Shown: positions 1 through 12,000 of the stretch, one piece after another | Layout: each line of letters opens with the position of its first letter | Position numbering within the stretch: the first letter of the stretch is position 1 | From: Utricularia gibba | Lineage: Eukaryota; Plantae; Magnoliophyta | Assembly (NCBI GenBank): GCA_002189035.1 | Contig: NEEC01000465.1 | Coordinates: 1-22,711, forward strand | Length of the DNA stretch: 22,711 nt | Direction of reading: 5' to 3' | Program-made: the position numbers and the translations under genes | The notes under the pieces: model-generated | The model's input: only the letters and a program-made list of their open reading frames with translations | The model's database searches: none | Told to the model about the DNA's origin: nothing

Positions 1-3000
1 TGCGCCACAAAGTGGCCACCACGTTCGCGACGATGCGACTTGTAACACCAGAATCGACGCGATTGTGATTTTCGGCTTGCAAAACATCTGCGTTTTTTGG
101 TGATGTGAAATATGGGTTTTCGAGGCGATCTTTGCACATGCTTAGGGTGTGTCCCTACCGAAGCCTCATGGTTTCCTCGCACACCGTTCGGCATCTCGTC
201 GATATCCTGAAGACCGTGATGAGTCACGCTGCGCCCGGAATACCGTTTCGAAGCTCGTTCCGAGCCGGTCATCTTCCGTTTGAAAGCTTCTTCGTCCGAA
301 GGATGCATCAGAGCTCGAATTATCGCCTTCTATTAGCCTTCAGATGCGCCACAAAGTGGCCACCACGTTCGCGACGATGCGACTTGAACACCAAAATCGA
401 CGCGATTGTGATTTTCGGCTTGCAAAACATCTGCGTTTTTTCGGGTGATGTGAAATATGGGTTTTCGAGGCGATCTTTGCACATGCTTAGGTGTGTCCCT
501 ACCCGAAGCCTCATGTTTCCTCGCACACCGTTCGGCATCTCGTCGATATCCTGAAGACCGTGATGAGTCACGCTGCGCCCGGCATACCTTTCGAAGCTCG
601 TTCCGAGCCGGTCATCTTCCGTGTTTAAAGCTTCTTCGTCCGAGGATGCATCAGAGCTCGAATTATCGCCTTCTATTAGCCTTCAGATGCGCCACAAAGT
701 GGCCACCACGTTCGCCGACGATGCGACTTTGAACACCAAAATCGACGTGTGATTTTCGGCTTGCAAAACATCTGCGTTTTTTCGGGTGATGTGAAATATG
801 GGTTTTCGAGGCGATCTTTGCACATGCTTAGGTGTGTCCCTACCCGAAGCCTCATGGTTTCCTCGCACACCGTTCGGCATCTCGTCGATATCCTGAAGAC
901 CGTGATGAGTCACGCTGCGCCCGGAATACCGTTTCGAAGCTCGTTCCGAGCCGGTCATCTTCCGTGTTGAAAAGCTCTTCGTCCGAGGATGCATCAGAGC
1001 TCGAATTATCGCCTTCTATTAGCCTTCAGATGTGCCACAAAGTGGCCACCACGTTCGCGACGATGCGACTTGGAACACCAAAATCGACGTGATTGTAATT
1101 TTCGGCTTGCAAAACATCTGCGTTTTTTCGGGTGATGTGAAATATGGGTTTTCGAGGCGATCTTTGCACATGCTTAGGGTGTGTCCCTACCGAAGCCTCA
1201 TGGTTTCCTCGCACACCGTTCGGCATCTCGTCGATATCCTGAAGACCGTGATGAGTCACGCTGCGCCCGGAATACCGTTTCGAAGCTCGTTCCGAGCCGG
1301 TCATCTTCCGTGTTGAAAGCTTCTTCGTCCGAGGATGCATCAGAGCTCGAATTATCGCCTTCTATTAGCCTTCAGATGCGCCACAAAGTGGCCACCACGT
1401 TCGCGACGATGCGACTTGGAACACCAGAATCGACGCGATTGTGATTTTCGGCTTGCAAAACATCTGCGTTTTTTCGGGTGATGTGAAATATGGGTTTCGA
1501 GGCGATCTTTGCACATGCTTAGGGTGTGTCCCTACCCGAAGCCTCATGGTTTCCTCGCACACCGTTCGGCATCTCGTCGATATCCTGAAGACCGTGATGA
1601 GTCACGCTGCGCCCGAATACCGTTTCGAAGCTCGTTCCGAGCCGGTCATCTTCCGTGTTAAAGCTTCTTCGTCCGAGGATGCATCAGAGCTCGAATTATC
1701 GCCTTCTATTAGCCTTCAGATGTGCCACAAAGTGGCCACCACGTTCGCGACGATGCGACTTGGAACACCAAAATCGACGTGATTGTAATTTTCGGCTTGC
1801 AAAACATCTGCGTTTTTTCGGGTGATGTGAAATATGGGTTTTCGAGGCGATCTTTGCACATGCTTAGGGTGTGTCCCTACCGAAGCCTCATGGTTTCCTC
1901 GCACACCGTTCGGCATCTCGTCGATATCCTGAAGACCGTGATGAGTCACGCTGCGCCCGGAATACCGTTTCGAAGCTCGTTCCGAGCCGGTCATCTTCCG
2001 TGTTTAAAGCTTCTTCGTCCGAGGATGCATCAGAGCTCGAATTATCGCCTTCTATTAGCCTTCAGATGCGCCACAAAGTGGCCACCACGTTCGCGACGAT
2101 GCGACTTGGAACACCAAAATCGACGCGATTGTAATTTTCGGCTTGCAAAACATCTGCGTTTTTTGGGTGATGTGAAATATGGGTTTTCGAGGCGATCTTT
2201 GCACATGCTTAGGGTGTGTCCCTACCCGAAGCCTCATGGTTTCCTCGCACACCGTTCGGCATCTCGTCGATATCCTGAAGACCGTGATGAGTCACGCTGC
2301 GCCCGGAATACCGTTTCGAAGCTCGTTCCGAGCCGGTCATCTTCCGTGTTGAAAGCTTCTTCGTCCGAGGATGCATCAGAGCTCGAATTATCGCCTTCTA
2401 TTAGCCTTCAGATGCGCCACAAAGTGGCCACCACGTTCGCGACGATGCGACTTGAACACCAGAATCGACGCGATTGTGATTTTCGGCTTGCAAAACATCT
2501 GCGTTTTTTCGGGTGATGTGAAATATGGGTTTTCGAGGCGATCTTTGCACATGCTTAGGGTGTGTCCCTACCGAAGCCTCATGGTTTCCTCGCACACCGT
2601 TCGGCATCTCGTCGATATCCTGAAGACCGTGATGAGTCACGCTGCGCCCGGAATACCGTTTCGAAGCTCGTTCCGAGCCGGTCATCTTCCGTGTTGAAAG
2701 CTTCTTCGTCCGAGGATGCATCAGAGCTCGAATTATCGCCTTCTATTAGCCTTCAGATGTGCCACAAAGTGGCCACCACGTTCGCGACGATGCGACTTGG
2801 AACACCAAAATCGACGCGATTGTGATTTTCGGCTTGCAAAACATCTGCGTTTTTTCGGGTGATGTGAAATATGGGTTTTCGAGGCGATCTTTGCACATGC
2901 TTAGGGTGTGTCCCTACCGAAGCCTCATGGTTTCCTCGCACACCGTTCGGCATCTCGTCGATATCCTGAAGACCGTGATGAGTCACGCTGCGCCCGGAAT

Positions 3001-6000
3001 ACCGTTTCGAAGCTCGTTCCGAGCCGGTCATCTTCCGTGTTGAAGCTTCTTCGTCCGAGGATGCATCAGAGCTCGAATTATCGCCTTATATTAGCCTTCA
3101 GATGTGCCACAAAGTGGCCACCACGTTCGCGACGATGCGACTTGGAACACCAAAATCGACGCGATTGTGATTTTCGGCTTGCAAAACATCTGCGTTTTTT
3201 CGGGTGATGTGAAAATATGGGTTTTCGAGGCGATCTTTGCACATGCTAGGGTGTGTCCCTACCCGAAGCCTCATGGTTTCCTCGCACACCGTTCGGCATC
3301 TCGTCGATATCCTGAAGACCGTGATGAGTCACGCTGCGCCCGGAATACCGTTTCGAAGCTCGTTCCGAGCCGGTCATCTTCCGTGTTGAAAGCTTCTTCG
3401 TCCGGATGCATCAGAGCTCGAATTATCGCCTTCTATTAGCCTTCAGATGCGCCACAAAGTGGCCACCACGTTCGCGACGATGCGACTTAACACCAGAATC
3501 GACGTTTGATTTTCGGCTTGCAAAACATCTGCGTTTTTTCGGGTGATGTGAAATATGGGTTTTCGAGGCGATCTTTGCACATGCTTAGGGTGTGTCCCTA
3601 CCGAAGCCTCATGGTTTCCTCGCACACCGTTCGGCATCTCGTCGATATCCTGAAGACCGTGATGAGTCACGCTGCGCCCGGAATACCGTTTCGAAGCTCG
3701 TTCCGAGCCGGTCATCTTCCGTGTTGAAGCTTCTTCGTCGAGGATGCATCAGAGCTCGAATTATCGCCTTATATTAGCCTTCAGATGTGCCACAAAGTGG
3801 CCACCACGTTCGCGACGATGCGACTTGAACACCAAAATCGACGCGATTGTGATTTTCGGCTTGCAAAACATCTGCGTTTTTTGGTGATGTGAAATATGGG
3901 TTTTCGAGGCGATCTTTGCACATGCTTAGGGTGTGTCCCTACCCGAAGCCTCATGGTTTCCTCGCACACCGTTCGGCATCTCGTCGATATCCTGAAAGAC
4001 CGTGATGAGTCACGCTGCGCCCGGAATACCGTTTCGAAGCTCGTTCCGAGCCGGTCATCTTCCGTGTTTGAAAGCTTCTTCGTCCGAGGATGCATAAGAG
4101 CTCGAATTATCGCCTTATATTAGCCTTCAGATGTGCCACAAAAAGTGGCCACCACGTTCGCGACGATGCGACTTGAACACCAAAATCGACGTGATTGTAA
4201 TTTTCGGCTTGCAAAACATCTGCGTTTTTTCGGGTGATGTGAAATATGGGTTTTCGAGGCGATCTTTGCACATGCTTAGGGTGTGTCCCTACCCGAAGCC
4301 TCATGGTTTCCTCGCACACCGTTCGGCATCTCGTCGATATCCTGAAGACCGTGATGAGTCACGCTGCGCCCGGAATACCGTTTCGAAGCTCGTTCCGAGC
4401 CGGTCATCTTCCGTGTTGAAGCTTCTTCGTCCGAGGATGCATCAGAGCTCGAATTATCGCCTTATATTAGCCTTCAGATGTGCCACAAAGTGGCCACCAC
4501 GTTCGCGACGATGCGACTTGAACACCAAAATCGACGCGATTGTGATTTTCGGCTTGCAAAACATCTGCGTTTTTTCGGGTGATGTGAAATATGGGTTTTC
4601 GAGGCGATCTTTGCACATGCTTAGGGTGTGTCCCTACCGAAGCCTCATGGTTTCCTCGCACACGTTCGGCATCTCGTCGATATCCTGAAGACCGTGATGA
4701 GTCACGCTGCGCCCGGAATACCGTTTCGAAGCTCGTTCCGAGGTCATCTTCCGTGTTGAAGCTTCTTCGTCCGAGGATGCATCAGAGCTCGAATTATCGC
4801 CTTCTATTAGCCTTCAGATGTGCCACAAAGTGGCCACCACGTTCGCGACGATGCGACTTGGAACACCAAAATCGACGCGATTGTGATTTTCGGCTTGCAA
4901 AACATCTGCGTTTTTTGGGTGATGTGAAATATGGGTTTTCGAGGCGATCTTTGCACATGCTTAGGGTGTGTCCCTACCCGAAGCCTCATGGTTCCTCGCA
5001 CACCGTTCGGCATCTCGTCGATATCCTGAAGACCGTGATGAGTCACGCTGCGCCCGGAATACCGTTTCGAAGCTCGTTCCGAGCCGGTCATCTTCCGTGT
5101 TGAAAGCTTCTTCGTCCGAGGATGCATCAGAGCTCGAATTATCGCCTTCTATTAGCCTTCAGATGTGCCACAAAGTGGCCACCACGTTCGCGACGATGCG
5201 ACTTGAACACCAAGAATCGACGCGATTGTGATTTTCGGCTTGCAAAACATCTGCGTTTTTCGGTGATGTGAAATATGGGTTTTCGAGGCGATCTTTGCAC
5301 ATGCTTAGGGTGTGTCCCTACCGAAGCCTCATGGTTTCCTCGCACACCGTTCGGCATCTCGTCGATATCCTGAAGACCGTGATGAGTCACGCTGCGCCCG
5401 GAATACCGTTTCGAAGCTCGTTCCGAGCCGGTCATCTTCCGTGTTGAAAGCTTCTTCGTCGAGGATGCATCAGAGCTCGAATTATCGCCTTATATTAGCC
5501 TTCAGATGTGCCACAAAGTGGCCACCACGTTCGCGACGATGCGACTTGGAACACAAAATCGACGTGATTGTAATTTTCGGCTTGCAAAACATCTGCGTTT
5601 TTGGGTGATGTGAAATATGGGTTTTCGAGGCGATCTTTGCACATGCTTAGGGTGTGTCCCTACCCGAAGCCTCATGGTTTCCTCGCACACCGTTCGGCAT
5701 CTCGTCGATATCCTGAAGACCGTGATGAGTCACGCTGCGCCCCAATACCTTTTCGAAGCTCGTTCCGAGCCGGTCATCTTCCGTGTTTAAAGCTTCTTCG
5801 TCCGAGGATGCATCAGAGCTCGAATTATCGCCTTATTAGCCTTCAGATGTGCCACAAAGTGGCCACCACGTTCGCGACGATGCGACTTGAACACCAAAAT
5901 CGACGCGATTGTAATTTTCGGCTTGCAAAACATCTGCGTTTTTTTGGGTGATGTGAAATATGGGTTTTCGAGGCGATCTTTGCACATGCTTAGGGTGTGT

Positions 6001-9000
6001 CCCTACCCGAAGCCTCATGGTTTCCTCGCACACCGTTCGGCATCTCGTCGATATCCTGAAGACCGTGATGAGTCACGCTGCGGAATACCGTTTCGAAGCT
6101 CGTTCCGAGCCGGTCATCTTCGTGTTGAAAGCTTCTTCGTCCGAGGATGCATCAGAGCTCGAATTATCGCCTTCTATTAGCCTTCAGATGTGCCACAAAG
6201 TGGCCACCACGTTCGCGACGATGCGACTTGAACACCAAAATCGACGCGATTGTGATTTTCGGCTTGCAAAACATCTGCGTTTTTTTCGGGTGATGTGAAA
6301 TATGGGTTTTCGGCGATCTTTGCACATGCTTAGGGTGTGTCCCTACCCGAAGCCTCATGGTTTCCTCGCACACTTCGGCATCTCGTCGATATCCTGAAGA
6401 CCGTGATGAGTCACGCTGCGCCCGGAATACCGTTTTCGAAGCTCGTTCCGAGCCGGTCATCTTCCGTGTTTAAAGCTTCTTCGTCCGAGGATGCATCAGA
6501 GCTCGAATTATCGCCTTCTATTAGCCTTCAGATGCGCCACAAAGTGGCCCACGTTCGCGACGATGCGACTTGGAACACAAATCGACGATTGTAATTTTCG
6601 GCTTGCAAAACATCTGCGTTTTTTGGGTGATGTGAAATATGGGTTTTCGAGGGCGATCTTTGCACATGCTTAGGGTGTGTCCCTACCCGAAGCCTCATGG
6701 TTTCCTCGCACACCGTTCGCATCTCGTCGATATCCTGAAGACCGTGATGAGTCACGCTGCGCCCGGAATACCGTTTCGAAGCTCGTTCCGAGCCGGTCAT
6801 CTTCCGTGTTGAAGCTTCTTCGTCCGAGGATGCATCAGAGCTCGAATTATCGCCTTCTATTAGCCTTCAGATGTGCCACAAAGTGGCCACCACGTTCGCG
6901 ACGATGCGACTTGAACACCAAAATCGACGCGATTGTAATTTTCGGCTTGCAAAACATCTGCGTTTTTTCGGGTGATGTGAAATATGGGTTTTCGAGGCGA
7001 TCTTTGCACATGCTTAGGGTGTGTCCCTACCGAAGCCTCATGGTTTCCTCGCACACCGTTCGGCATCTCGTCGATATCCTGAAGACCGTGATGAGTCACG
7101 CTGCGCCCGGAATACCGTTTCGAAGCTCGTTCCGAGCCGGTCATCTTCCGTGTTGAAGCTTCTTCGTCCGAGGATGCAGAGCTCGAATTATCGCCTTCTA
7201 TTAGCCTTCAGATGTGCCACAAAGTGGCCACGTTCGCGACGATGCGACTTGGAACACCAAAATCGACGTGATTGTAATTTTCGGCTTGCAAAACATCTGC
7301 GTTTTTTCGGGTGATGTGAAATATGGGTTTTCGAGGCGATCTTTGCACATGCTTAGGGTGTGTCCCTACCCGAAGCCTCATGGTTTCCTCGCACACCGTT
7401 CGGCATCTCGTCGATCCTGAAGACCGTGATGAGTCACGCTGCGCCCGGAATACCGTTTCGAAGCTCGTTCCGAGCCGGTCATCTTCCGTGTTTAAAGCTT
7501 CTTCGTCCGAGGATGCATCAGAGCTCGAATTATCGCCTTATATTAGCCTTCAGATGTGCCACAAAGTGGCCACCACGTTCGCGACGATGCGACTTGGAAC
7601 AAAATCGACGCGATTGTAATTTTCGGCTTGCAAAACATCTGCGTTTTTTCGGGTGATGTGAAATATGGGTTTTCGAGGCGATCTTTGCACATGCTTAGGG
7701 TGTGTCCCTACCCGAAGCCTCATGGTTTCCTCGCACACCGTTCGGCATCTCGTCGATATCCTGAAGACCGTGATGAGTCACGCTGCGCCCGGCATACCGT
7801 TTCGAAGCTCGTTCCGAGCCGGTCATCTTCCGTGTTTAAAGCTTCTTCGTCCGAGGATGCATCAGAGCTCGAATTATCGCCTTCTATTAGCCTTCAGATG
7901 CGCCACAAAGTGGCCACCACGTTCGCGACGATGCGACTTGAACACCAAAATCGACGCGATTGTGATTTTCGGCTTGCAAAACATCTGCGTTTTTCGGGTG
8001 ATGTGAAATATGGGTTTTCGAGGCGATCTTTGCACATGCTTAGGGTGTGTCCCTACCGAAGCCTCATGGTTTCCTCGCACACCGTTCGGCATCTCGTCGA
8101 TATCCTGAAGACCGTGATGAGTCACGCTGCGCCCGGAATACCGTTTCGAAGCTCGTTCCGAGCCGGTCATCTTCCGTGTTGAATGCTTCTTCGTCCGAGG
8201 ATGCATCAGAGCTCGAATTATCGCCTTCTATTAGCCTTCAGATGCGCCACAAAGTGGCCACCACGTTCGCGACGATGCGACTTGAACACCAAAATCGACG
8301 CGATTGTGATTTTCGGCTTGCAAAACATCTGCGTTTTTTCGGGTGATGTGAAATATGGGTTTTCGAGGCGATCTTTGCACATGCTTAGGGTGTGTCCCTA
8401 CCCGAAGCCTCATGGTTTCCTCGCACACCGTTCGGCATCTCGTCGATATCCTGAAGACCGTGATGAGTCACGCTGCGCCCGGAATACCGTTTCGAAGCTC
8501 GTTCCGAGCCGGTCATCTTCCGTGTTGAATGCTTCTTCGTCCGAGGATGCATAAGAGCTCGAATTATCGCCTTCTATTAGCCTTCAGATGTGCCACAAAG
8601 TGGCCACCACGTTCGCGACGATGCGACTTGGTAAAATCGATGATTGTAATTTTCGGCTTGCAAAACATCTGCGTTTTTTCGGGTGATGTGAAATATGGGT
8701 TTTCGAGGCGATCTTTGCACATGCTTAGGGTGTGTCCCTACCGAAGCCTCATGGTTTCCTCGCACACCGTTCGGCATCTCGTCGATATCCTGAAGACCGT
8801 GATGAGTCACGCTGCGCCCGGAATACCTTTTCGAAGCTCGTTCCGAGCCGGTCATCTTCCGTGTTTAAAGCTTCTTCGTCCGAGGATGCATCAGAGCTCG
8901 AATTATCGCCTTCTATTAGCCTTCAGATGTGCCACAAAGTGGCCACCACGTTCGCGACGATGCGACTTGGAACACCAAAATCGACGTGATTGTGATTTTC

Positions 9001-12000
9001 GGCTTGCAAAACATCTGCGTTTTTTCGGGTGATGTGAAATATGGGTTTTCGAGGCGATCTTTGCACATGCTTAGGGTGTGTCCCTACCGAAGCCTCATGG
9101 TTTCCTCGCACACCGTTCGGCATCTCGTCGATATCCTGAAGACCGTGATGAGTCACGCTGCGCCCGGAATACCGTTTCGAAGCTCGTTCCGAGCCGGTCA
9201 TCTTCCGTGTTGAAGCTTCTTCGTCCGAGGATGCATCAGAGCTCGAATTATCGCCTTCTATTAGCCTTCAGATGTGCCACAAAGTGGCCACCACGTTCGC
9301 GACGATGCGACTTTGGAACACCAAAATCGACGTGATTGTAATTTTCGGCTTGCAAAACATCTGCGTTTTTCGGGTGATGTGAAATATGGGTTTTCGAGGC
9401 GATCTTTGCACATGCTTAGGGTGTGTCCCTACCGAAGCCTCATGGTTTCCTCGCACACCGTTCGGCATCTCGTCGATATCCTGAAGACCGTGATGAGTCA
9501 CGCTGCGCCCGGAATACCGTTTCGAAGCTCGTTCCGAGCCGGTCATCTTCCGTGTTGAAGCTTCTTCGTCCGAGGATGCATCAGAGCTCGAATTATCGCC
9601 TTCTATTAGCCTTCAGATGTGCCACAAAGTGGCCACCACGTTCGCGACGATGCGACTTGGAACACCAAAATCGACGTTGTGATTTTCGGCTTGCAAAACA
9701 TCTGCGTTTTTTCGGGTGATGTGAAATATGGGTTTTCGAGGCGATCTTTGCACATGCTTAGGTGTGTCCCTACCCGAAGCCTCATGGTTTCCTCGCACAC
9801 CGTTCGGCATCTCGTCGATATCCTGAAGACCGTGATGAGTCACGCTGCGCCCGGAATACCGTTTCGAAGCTCGTTCCGAGCCGGTCATCTTCCGTGTTGA
9901 AAGCTTCTTCGTCCGAGGATGCATCAGAGCTCGAATTATCGCCTTCTATTAGCCTTCAGATGTGCCACAAAGGCCACCACGTTCGCGACGATGCGACTTG
10001 GAACACCAAAATCGACGTGATTGTGATTTTCGGCTTGCAAAACATCTGCGTTTTTTCGGGTGATGTGAAATATGGGTTTTCGAGGCGATCTTTGCACATG
10101 CTTAGGGTGTGTCCTACCGAAGCCTCATGGTTTCCTCGCACACCGTTCGGCATCTCGTCGATATCCTGAAGACCGTGATGAGTCACGCTGCGCCCGCATA
10201 CCGTTTCGAAGCTCGTTCCGAGCCGGTCATCTTCCGTGTTAAAGCTTCTTCGTCCGAGGATGCATCAGAGCTCGAATTATCGCCTTCTATTAGCCTTCAG
10301 ATGTGCCACAAAGTGGCCACCACGTTCGCGACGATGCGACTTGGAACACCAAATCGACGCGATTGTGATTTTCGGCTTGCAAAACATCTGCGTTTTTTCG
10401 GGTGATGTGAAATATGGGTTTTCGAGGCGATCTTTGCACATGCTTAGGGTGTGTCCCTACCCGAAGCCTCATGGTTTCCTCGCACACCGTTCGGCATCTC
10501 GTCGATATCCTGAAGACCGTGATGAGTCACGCTGCGCCCGGAATACCGTTTCGAAGCTCGTTCCGAGCCGGTCATCTTCCGTGTTGAAGCTTCTTCGTCC
10601 GAGATGCATCAGAGCTCGAATTATCGCCTTCTATTAGCCTTCAGATGTGCCACAAAGTGGCCACCACGTTCGCGACGATGCGACTTGAACACCAAAATCG
10701 ACGCGATTGTGATTTTCGGCTTGCAAAACATCTGCGTTTTTTCGGGTGATGTGAAATATGGGTTTTCGAGGCGATCTTTGCACATGCTTAGGGTGTGTCC
10801 CTACCGAAGCCTCATGGTTTCCTCGCACACCGTTCGGCATCTCGTCGATATCCTGAAGACCGTGATGAGTCACGCTGCGCCCGGAATACCGTTTCGAAGC
10901 TCGTTCCGAGCCGGTCATCTTCCGTGTTGAAGCTTCTTCGTCCGAGATGCATCAGAGCTCGAATTATCGCCTTCTATTAGCCTTCAGATGTGCCACAAAG
11001 TGGCCACCACGTTCGCGACGATGCGACTTGGAACACCAAAATCGACGTGATTGTAATTTTCGCTTGCAAAACATCTGCGTTTTTTCGGGTGATGTGAAAA
11101 ATGGGTTTTCGAGGCGATCTTTGCACATGCTTAGGGTGTGTCCCTACCGAAGCCTCATGGTTTCCTCGCACACCGTTCGGCATCTCGTCGATATCCTGAA
11201 GACCGTGATGAGTCACGCTGCGCCCCGAATACCGTTTCGAAGCTCGTTCCGAGCCGGTCATCTTCCGTGTTAAAGCTTCTTCGTCCGAGGATGCATCAGA
11301 GCTCGAATTATCGCCTTCTATTAGCCTTCAGATGTGCCACAAAGTGGCCACCACGTTCGCGACGATGCGACTTGGAACACCAAAATCGACACGATTGTGA
11401 TTTTCGGCTTGCAAAACATCTGCGTTTTTTCGGGTGATGTGAAAATATGGGTTTTCGAGGCGATCTTTGCACATGCTTAGGGTGTGTCCCTACCCGAAGC
11501 CTCATGGTTTCCTCGCACACCGTTCGGCATCTCGTCGATATCCTGAAGACCGTGATGAGTCACGCTGCGCCCGGAATACCGTTTCGAAGCTCGTTCCGAG
11601 CCGGTCATCTTCCGTGTTGAAGCTTCTTCGTCCGAGGATGCATCAGAGCTCGAATTATCGCCTTCTATTAGCCTTCAGATGTGCCACAAAGTGGCCACCA
11701 CGTTCGCGACGATGCGACTTGGAACACCAAAATCGACGATTGTGATTTTCGGCTTGCAAAACATCTGCGTTTTTCGGGTGATGTGAAATATGGGTTTTCG
11801 AGGCGATCTTTGCACATGCTTAGGGTGTGTCCCTACCGAAGCCTCATGGTTTCCTCGCACACCGTTCGGCATCTCGTCGATATCCTGAAGACCGTGATGA
11901 GTCACGCTGCGCCCGGAATACCGTTTCGAAGCTCGTTCCGAGCCGGTCATCTTCCGTGTTGAAGCTTCTTCGTCGAGGATGCATCAGAGCTCGAATTATC

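Noticed and set aside
2859-2981. C/D box snoRNA (GTGATGA and CTGA present)
   Set aside because: The perfect box C (GTGATGA) lies just downstream of the only + strand CTGA, which is the wrong order. The upstream GTGATGT has no terminal stem with the CTGA flank.
2966-2995. Hammerhead ribozyme core (CTGAAGA followed by the CGTGA/TCACG stem; also minus-strand CTGATGCATCCTCGGACGAAG)
   Set aside because: On the + strand the stem is followed by CTGC, not the required GAAA, and no stems I/III are evident. On the minus strand the core reads CUGAUGC and GAAG with no viable stem II.
2758-3102. Viroid/obelisk-like rod-shaped circular RNA
   Set aside because: The size fits viroids, but I found only local hairpins and isolated 6-8 bp complementarities, not extended rod-like self-pairing or ribozymes. 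Linked, positionally graded variants argue against a single template. A formal circular RNAfold would settle it.
2758-3102. CENP-B box, and tRNA or Pol III A/B boxes
   Set aside because: The TTCG occurrences I checked on both strands do not fit NTTCGNNNNANNCGGGN. I found no GTTCRANNC B box with a suitably placed A box, and no cloverleaf.
2758-3102. Excess of 6-bp palindromes (restriction sites)
   Set aside because: Eight are observed against about 5-6 expected in 347 bp, which is not a meaningful excess.
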